Below the pieces are notes generated by a model. The model did no database searches, was not told where the DNA came from, and saw nothing but the letters and a program-made list of their open reading frames with translations. Positions 58,022 to 64,000 of a DNA stretch of 64,000 bases are shown one piece after another; positions within the stretch are counted from its first letter, which is position 1, and each line of letters starts with the position of its first letter. The DNA is from Candidatus Oxydemutatoraceae bacterium (GTDB taxonomy: Bacteria; Pseudomonadota; Gammaproteobacteria; Poriferisulfidales; Oxydemutatoraceae), in assembly GCA_965220085.1 (NCBI GenBank), contig CBDCOZ010000003.1, forward strand, positions 896,001 through 960,000, in the 5' to 3' direction. Both the position numbers and the translations under genes were made by a program.

Positions 58022-58723
58022 ATGAGTAACCAAGCAATAACCGAATCACCGCACTTATCAACGCAGTTTGAGAAAGAAAAAGAGCAGATCAAAGACGATC
58101 TCGTGCGGATGGGCGGGGTCGTTGAGGAATGCATATCCGCGATCGTGCGCGCGCTGTGCGAGGGCAACAATCGGTTGCTTCCCGATGTGACCCAAACAGA
58201 GCAAGACATCAATTCCTATGAGATGAAGGTAGACGAAGGCTGTGTTGAGGTGTTGGCGCGGCGCAACCCGGTGGCGTGTGATTTGCGCCTAATCGTCTCT
58301 ACGATGCGGATCTCTTCCAACCTCGAGCGCATGGGGGATGAAGCAGAGAAAGTGGTCAACTTGCTGAGGGAGTCCAGTCTGGATTTGATTCCCGGCAACA
58401 TGGCGGGAACGGTGAAGCATTTGGCGCGGCAGGTGCTGTCAATGATGTCCGATTCAATGGACAGTTTTGTCCGCCTTGATTCGTCGGCCGCTCAGGCTGC
58501 GGTCCTGAAAGACCGAGAGATCGACGAGGAATATACCGCGATATTGCGGCAACTCATCACGTATATCATGCAAGAGCCGAAGTATATTTCTCATGTCCTC
58601 AACATCATCTGGTGTGTGCGCTCCCTGGAGCGCATCGGCGATCACGCAAAAAACATCGCCGAGCAGGTTGTCTTTGTCGACCGAGCCGAAGACATACGTC
58701 ACGCCGGCGGCACGGGCGACTAG
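58022..58723 (+). CDS. phoU: Phosphate signalling protein PhoU
   Basis: PVACDLR, LERMGDEA, SLERIGDHAKNIAE. Confidence 0.92.
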   Translation: MSNQAITESPHLSTQFEKEKEQIKDDLVRMGGVVEECISAIVRALCEGNNRLLPDVTQTEQDINSYEMKVDEGCVEVLARRNPVACDLRLIVSTMRISSNLERMGDEAEKVVNLLRESSLDLIPGNMAGTVKHLARQVLSMMSDSMDSFVRLDSSAAQAAVLKDREIDEEYTAILRQLITYIMQEPKYISHVLNIIWCVRSLERIGDHAKNIAEQVVFVDRAEDIRHAGGTGD

Positions 58724-58747
58724 GGCGGGTTCGGGGGCGGGCGCGAC

Positions 58748-59644
58748 TCAGCCGAGCAGGTCTTCAAGCAACGCCTTCTGTGCGTGGAGTCTGTTAGCCG
58801 CTTCGTCCCAGACAACGCTTTGCTCGCCGTCTATCACTTCGGCGCTGACTTCTTCGCCGCGGTGCGCGGGCAAGCAGTGCATAAACAAAGCGTCTTTTGC
58901 GGCGCAGGCCATGACCTTGCTGTTGACCTGATAATCGGCAAAGCGCCGGCGCCGGATTTGATTTTCGTCTTCGTTGCCCATGCTGGCCCAAACATCGGTG
59001 ACGACCAAGTGCGCGTTTTCCGCCATCGCCGACGCATCGTTTTCCACCCGCACCCGGTCGCCCGCTTGTGCGACAAGCGCGGCGTCGGGTTCGTACCCCG
59101 GCGGACACGCGATATGCAACTCAAAATCAAATTGCCGCGCGGCATTGATATACGAATGGCACATATTATTGCCGTCGCCAATCCACGCCACCCGCTTGCC
59201 GGTGATATCGCCGCGGTGTTCATGGAAGGTCAGCATATCCGCCAACAACTGACACGGGTGAAAGCGGTCGGTCAACCCGTTGATAACCGGCACCGACGAA
59301 TGCCGGGAAAGTTGCTCGGCGCGTTCGTGTTCAAACGTTCTGATCATGATGCCATCGACCATGCCGGACAAAACCCGGGCGCTGTCTTCTATCGTTTCGC
59401 CGCGTCCCAGTTGCGTATCTTGCTTGCTCAAAAAAATTGCGTTGCCGCCTAACCCTGTCATCGCCGCGTCAAACGCCACGCGCGTGCGGGTGGATGACTT
59501 CTCAAAGATCATGGCCAGGATCTTATTTTTGAGCGCGGTATTGTCGCTCTCGGATTTCATTTCAACCGCTCTGATGATCAGCCGCTTGAGTTGTTGCGGG
59601 GCGAAGTCCGTCAGGGTTAAAAAGTGGCGTGTCGTTTTCATCAT
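58748..59644 (-). CDS. argF: Ornithine carbamoyltransferase
   Basis: SSTRTR, HPCQ, DVWASMG, HCLP. Confidence 0.96.
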   Translation of the reverse strand: MMKTTRHFLTLTDFAPQQLKRLIIRAVEMKSESDNTALKNKILAMIFEKSSTRTRVAFDAAMTGLGGNAIFLSKQDTQLGRGETIEDSARVLSGMVDGIMIRTFEHERAEQLSRHSSVPVINGLTDRFHPCQLLADMLTFHEHRGDITGKRVAWIGDGNNMCHSYINAARQFDFELHIACPPGYEPDAALVAQAGDRVRVENDASAMAENAHLVVTDVWASMGNEDENQIRRRRFADYQVNSKVMACAAKDALFMHCLPAHRGEEVSAEVIDGEQSVVWDEAANRLHAQKALLEDLLG

Positions 59645-60820
59645 TTAGCTGCCGATAATTCCGGCCAATGCTTCAATGATAATATCCGCTTGTTTTTGCG
59701 CAAGTATCAGCGGCGGGAGCAAGCGTATGGTCGTCGGGTTTGGCATATTGATCAGGAGTTTTCTCTCAAGGGCGGCCGCTGCCAAATCGGGCCGGCTATC
59801 GCGCAACTCAATGCCGATAATCAGACCTTGCCCGCGTATTTCCTTTATGGAATCTTGCGGCAACGCTTGGCGCAAGTTTTCCATCAGGTAGCCGCCGACG
59901 GCGCTCGCGTGTTCCGCCAGTTTGTATTTTTCAATAGTCTGAATCACCGCCAGCCCCGCGGCGCAAGCGAGCGGATTGCCGCCGAATGTGGAACCGTGCG
60001 TTCCCGCTGCCAAGTGTTTGGCCGCCTCGCTCTTTGCGATGCAAGCGCCGATCGGCACGCCGTTGCCGAGCGCTTTTGCAACGGCGACGATATCGGGCGT
60101 GATGCCCTCGTGCTGATAGCAAAACCACTTGCCGGTGCGCGCGATGCCGGTTTGCACCTCATCGACGATCATCAGCAATTTGTTCGCGTCACAAAATTCG
60201 CGCACTTGCGCCGGATACCCCGGCGCCGGCGCTATGACCCCGGCTTCTCCCTGTATCGGCTCCAGCAACACTGCGCACAGTTCGGGGTGTTGTGACGGCA
60301 ACGCCCGCAGTTGTTCCATATCGCCAAACTCAACATGCGCAAAACCCGGCAGCAGGGGGCCGAATGCGGCGCTCTCAAGCGGGCGGGCGGCGCTCGCCGT
60401 AGCGATCGTCCTGCCGTGAAATGCGTTTTTCATGACGGCGATCGTCGGCGTTTTGAAGCCGCGCTGCGCATGCGCGCAGAGGCGGGCAAGTTTGATTGCC
60501 GCCTCGTTCGCTTCCGCTCCGGAGTTGCAGAAAAAGACCGCGTCCAACCCGCTGATCTCCGCCAACTTGGCCGCGAGCAGGCGCTGGTTGCGGATTTGAT
60601 ATAGGTTGGAAGTGTGCAGCAACTTCTGCGCTTGCTCTCGTATCGCGGCGGTCACTTGGGGATGGGCATGGCCGAGCGAACAGACTGCGATACCGGATAC
60701 CGCATCCAGATATTGTGCGCCGTCGGTATCATACAACCATACGCCGTCGCCGCGCTCAAATGTAACCGGCAGGCGCTTGTAGTTCGGCATCAGATGGCTG
60801 TCTTGCATGCTCGCGCTCAC
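59645..60820 (-). CDS. argD: Acetylornithine aminotransferase
   Basis: NSGAEANE, FHGRT, EPIQGEAG, DEVQTG, AKALGNG, HGSTFGGNP; upstream of argF. Confidence 0.93.
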   Translation of the reverse strand: MSASMQDSHLMPNYKRLPVTFERGDGVWLYDTDGAQYLDAVSGIAVCSLGHAHPQVTAAIREQAQKLLHTSNLYQIRNQRLLAAKLAEISGLDAVFFCNSGAEANEAAIKLARLCAHAQRGFKTPTIAVMKNAFHGRTIATASAARPLESAAFGPLLPGFAHVEFGDMEQLRALPSQHPELCAVLLEPIQGEAGVIAPAPGYPAQVREFCDANKLLMIVDEVQTGIARTGKWFCYQHEGITPDIVAVAKALGNGVPIGACIAKSEAAKHLAAGTHGSTFGGNPLACAAGLAVIQTIEKYKLAEHASAVGGYLMENLRQALPQDSIKEIRGQGLIIGIELRDSRPDLAAAALERKLLINMPNPTTIRLLPPLILAQKQADIIIEALAGIIGS

Positions 60821-62481
60821 AGATAGCCCGCCTGTTCGATGCGGCGGTAGATATAGTTGACCGTTTCCTCGGGCGGCGCAGCGCTGGTATCCACCGTGAT
60901 ATCCGGCGCTGTCGGCGCTTCATACGGGTCATCGATGCCGGTAAAGGATTTGGTCAGCCCTTCGCGCGCCCTCAGATAGAGCCCTTTGATGTCGCGCTGT
61001 TCGCACACATCGAGCGGGGTGCTGACATAGACCTCAATGAAGGTGCCGACTTGCGCTATCAGTTCGCGGTTGGCGCGCCGGTCCGCCGCATACGGAGCAA
61101 TCGGCGCGCAGATGGCCACCCCGCCGTTTTTGGTAATCTCACTGGCCACGAAACCGATGCGCCGCACATTGACGGAACGGTGCTCTTTGGAAAAGCCCAG
61201 TTCGCTGGAAAGGTGGGTGCGCACGATATCTCCGTCCAGCAACGTCACCCTGCGTTTGCTGTTTTCAAGCATCTTGTTCATCAACAACTTGGCCAGCGTG
61301 GACTTGCCCGAACCCGACAAACCGGTGAAGAAAATCGTCACCCCTCTTTCTCTCAGCGGCGGGTACATAGCCTTTAATTCCTGCGCCACTTCCGGCGGCG
61401 TAAACCACTGCGGCAACTGTTCGCCTCGCAACAGCATCTCGCGCATCTTGGTCCCCGAGACAGACAATATGTCATTTTTATTTGTCACGTCGCCGACGGA
61501 CACATAGCGCTTTTTGTTCTTGTCATAAACCAACTCATGAAACATAACCGGTTCAATGCCTGCCTCGTCTTTGTGCTTTTCCAACAACTCCTGCGCGGCA
61601 TACGGCTCATAGAACGGTTTGCCGTTTCCATCCTTGCCGGGCCCCGCGTGGTCGCGTCCGATAATGAAGTGCGTGCAACCGTAATTCTTGCGAATCAGCG
61701 CGTGCCACAAGGCTTCGCGCGGCCCCGCCATCCGCATCGCAAGCGGCAGCAGAGACAACACGCTGCGCTTCGCATCGTAATATTTCATGATGGACACATA
61801 GCAATGCATCCTCGTATGGTAATCGACATCCCCGGCTTGCGTGATACCGGCAATCGGGTGGATGAGCAAGCCGCCGTCAATCGCCTCCATCGCTCTTTTG
61901 GTCATCTCAATATGGGCATAATGCATGGGATTGCGGGTCTGGAACGCAACGGCACATTGCCATCCGCGCTCTTTGATGAACTGTTTGAGTTGTGCCGGCG
62001 AATAGCGGTAGCCGGCATAGTCCGTATGTTGCGGCGGCGAGAGGCACTCTATCGCGCCGCCCAGACATACCGGATGTTCCTCATGCAGGAGGCGGAAGAC
62101 ACCGGAGTGTGTTTCATCCTGCGTGCCGAACACCGCCGCAGCTTCCTCCGCAAGATCGGGCGTCCAGACTTCATCGACGGTCAGTATGGCGATAGGCAAT
62201 CCTTCCGCGTTGCGCAACGTAATGCGCCGCCCGGGTTGCGCCACCGCGGAGAACTTATCGCTGACATTGAGGGTGATCGGCATCGGCCACAGGCTGCCGT
62301 CGCGCAAACGCATATCCGACAGCGCCGAGCGGTAATCGCGCTGTGACATAAACCGGTCGAGCGGCGCGAATGCGCCGTTGAGTATCAACTCAATATCGCA
62401 TAATTGGCGTTTGCTCAGCAACCAAAAGGGCAAACTCGCCGCTTCGCGCATCAATTGTTGTCGTGCCGGATCGTTTCCCAT
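60817..62481 (-). CDS. Bifunctional sulfate adenylyltransferase / adenylylsulfate kinase (Sat-CysC fusion)
   Basis: FQTRNPMHYAH, MRMAGPREA, GRDHAG; kinase GLSGSGKST, LDGD.VR, FTGIDDPYEAP. Confidence 0.94.
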   Translation of the reverse strand: MGNDPARQQLMREAASLPFWLLSKRQLCDIELILNGAFAPLDRFMSQRDYRSALSDMRLRDGSLWPMPITLNVSDKFSAVAQPGRRITLRNAEGLPIAILTVDEVWTPDLAEEAAAVFGTQDETHSGVFRLLHEEHPVCLGGAIECLSPPQHTDYAGYRYSPAQLKQFIKERGWQCAVAFQTRNPMHYAHIEMTKRAMEAIDGGLLIHPIAGITQAGDVDYHTRMHCYVSIMKYYDAKRSVLSLLPLAMRMAGPREALWHALIRKNYGCTHFIIGRDHAGPGKDGNGKPFYEPYAAQELLEKHKDEAGIEPVMFHELVYDKNKKRYVSVGDVTNKNDILSVSGTKMREMLLRGEQLPQWFTPPEVAQELKAMYPPLRERGVTIFFTGLSGSGKSTLAKLLMNKMLENSKRRVTLLDGDIVRTHLSSELGFSKEHRSVNVRRIGFVASEITKNGGVAICAPIAPYAADRRANRELIAQVGTFIEVYVSTPLDVCEQRDIKGLYLRAREGLTKSFTGIDDPYEAPTAPDITVDTSAAPPEETVNYIYRRIEQAGYL

Positions 62482-63248
62482 CAGTTCCCGTCCTTCATTT
62501 TTTGCCGCAAATCTTCAAGGCAGTTTTTTGCGCCTTCTCCGATGAACAGCGTGTCGGTTGCGACCGCTATCAGCGAAAAGCCGTCGCGGATGTAAGGGAC
62601 AACCGCATCCGGCGTGACGCCAAAAAAGCCCAGTGCGATGCCCTTGCGCTGCGCCGCTTCGGTCGTTGTCGCTATGGCTTGCAGCACCTCCGGCGCGTCG
62701 ACCAGACCGGGCTTGCCATAACTGGCGGACAAGTCATAGGGGCCGATCAGAATCGCATCGATGCCATCCACCGCAACGATGTTCTCGATCTCAGCGACCG
62801 CGTCTTTGTGCTCGACCTGCGCGACAACGCAGGTATCGGCGTTCGCATGTTCCAGGTATTCCGCGAAAGTCTGACCATAGCCGTGCGCTCTGGCCAAGCC
62901 GATACCGCGCCTTCCTTGCGGCGGATAACGGCAACTCAAAACCGCCTCTTGCGCCTGCTGCGCGCTGTTGACTTGCGGCACGATGACGCCGGTCGCGCCG
63001 ATGTCCAACGCTTTCTGTATCATAGACGGATCAGCCTTCGGCACCCTGATGAGGGCCGGAACTTTTGATGCTTGCAACAAAGGCAGCGCTTGCTCGGGCG
63101 AGAAAGGGCCGTGCTCGGCATCGATGAACAGCCAATCAAAACCGACGCTTGACAGCAGTTCGGTTATGGCGGGCGAAGGCAGGCAGACAATGGTGCCGAC
63201 AAGTAATTCGCGGTTCCGCAAACGGGCGGAGAATTTTTCATTTTTCAT
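62481..63248 (-). CDS. HpcH/HpaI class II aldolase family protein
   Basis: GFDWLFIDAEHG, ALDIGATGVIVP, YPPQGRRG, IGPYDLSAS. Confidence 0.9.
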   Translation of the reverse strand: MKNEKFSARLRNRELLVGTIVCLPSPAITELLSSVGFDWLFIDAEHGPFSPEQALPLLQASKVPALIRVPKADPSMIQKALDIGATGVIVPQVNSAQQAQEAVLSCRYPPQGRRGIGLARAHGYGQTFAEYLEHANADTCVVAQVEHKDAVAEIENIVAVDGIDAILIGPYDLSASYGKPGLVDAPEVLQAIATTTEAAQRKGIALGFFGVTPDAVVPYIRDGFSLIAVATDTLFIGEGAKNCLEDLRQKMKDGN

Positions 63249-63351
63249 ATCGCAAAGCCAAAAGAAACTATAGAATAGCGCATAGCGCGGCAAAACAGCG
63301 CGCTATTTTAACAAGTATCGGTTGCGGTTGCACGACAAAAGCGGAGGAAAT

Positions 63352-64000
63352 ATGCGGGGACAAAAAGTTTGCGTACTGGGAGCGGGGATAGTCGGCGTAA
63401 CCGCCGCCTGGATGCTGAGCCGCAAAGGGTGCGAGGTGACGGTCATTGAGCGCGAGGCGGAAGCGGCGCGGGGGACTTCGTTTGCCAACGGCGCGCAAAT
63501 ATCGGTCGCCAACGCGATGCCGTGGTCCAACCCGGACATGCCGAGGCATTTGATGGCCGCTTTGATAAGACGCGACCGGGGGGTGTTCGTCAAACCGCGA
63601 TGGTCGCGGCGGCAGTGGCAGTGGGGCATCGCGTTTCTGCGCAACTGCCGCTTGCGGCAAACCCGACACAATCTGGAAAAGGCGGTTGCGATTTGCGCGC
63701 GCTCGCGACAGCTATACCGGGAACTGATTGCGCGGGAGCCGCTCGAGTTTGATTGCGCGAACAGCGGGACGCTGTCCTTTTGCTCCGACCGCAAAGAGCA
63801 CAACCGGAGCCGGAATAACCAATTGAGTTGGGCGCGCTGCCTCGGCGAATATCGCCGCGAAGTCAGCCCGGCGCAGATACTGTCGATTGAGCCGGCATTG
63901 GAGCCTGTCAAAGATACCCTCGTCGGCGGTTTCTATGCGCGCGAAGATATGACCGGCGATGCGCGCCGATTTAGTGTCGCCCTGGCACAGCGCTGTGTCG
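63352..64000 (+). CDS. D-amino-acid dehydrogenase-like FAD oxidoreductase, 5' part; runs off window
   Basis: Read manually: MRGQKVCVLGAGIVGVTAAW...VTVIERE...TSFANGAQIS, DadA-family N-terminus. Confidence 0.85.
   Translation, partial: MRGQKVCVLGAGIVGVTAAWMLSRKGCEVTVIEREAEAARGTSFANGAQISVANAMPWSNPDMPRHLMAALIRRDRGVFVKPRWSRRQWQWGIAFLRNCRLRQTRHNLEKAVAICARSRQLYRELIAREPLEFDCANSGTLSFCSDRKEHNRSRNNQLSWARCLGEYRREVSPAQILSIEPALEPVKDTLVGGFYAREDMTGDARRFSVALAQRCV

Overview
A GC-rich bacterial chromosomal window with gammaproteobacterial-type gene order (rpsP-rimM-trmD-rplS, mutL-miaA-hfq, birA-coaX, rnhB-dnaE, TonB2-type cluster); the low-complexity coiled-coil and Ig-repeat genes would fit a host-associated marine lineage (inference only). 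Core content: a serine-cycle-type cluster (sga-mcl-mtkA-mtkB-2-hydroxyacid reductase), tRNA-Gly(CCC), tRNA-Arg(ACG), leuA with a candidate attenuator, and many housekeeping genes. The most unusual signals are: (1) three dispersed secreted Ig/cadherin-like repeat proteins that all end in the identical peptide LRLRLRLFLEGPLR, encoded with synonymous codon differences, plus four orphan copies of the tag-coding DNA; two of these genes have poly-C tracts at the 5' end (one in frame, one out of frame by 1 nt) and all three are mosaics of each other; (2) a modular accessory array at about 19.6-26.5 kb with a shared leader repeat, cargo genes, tag, trailer and IS481-like remnants, including an apparently emptied cassette; (3) a four-gene operon encoding a MotA/ExbB-like channel, two different acidic-TM MotB/ExbD-like proteins and a tandem FGE-sulfatase-domain protein, tail-to-tail with the TonB cluster; (4) repeated local duplications of gene ends (udg/rimI junction x3, tag 3' end x4, cobA 3' end x2). 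No database searches were run; family calls come from recognisable motifs.
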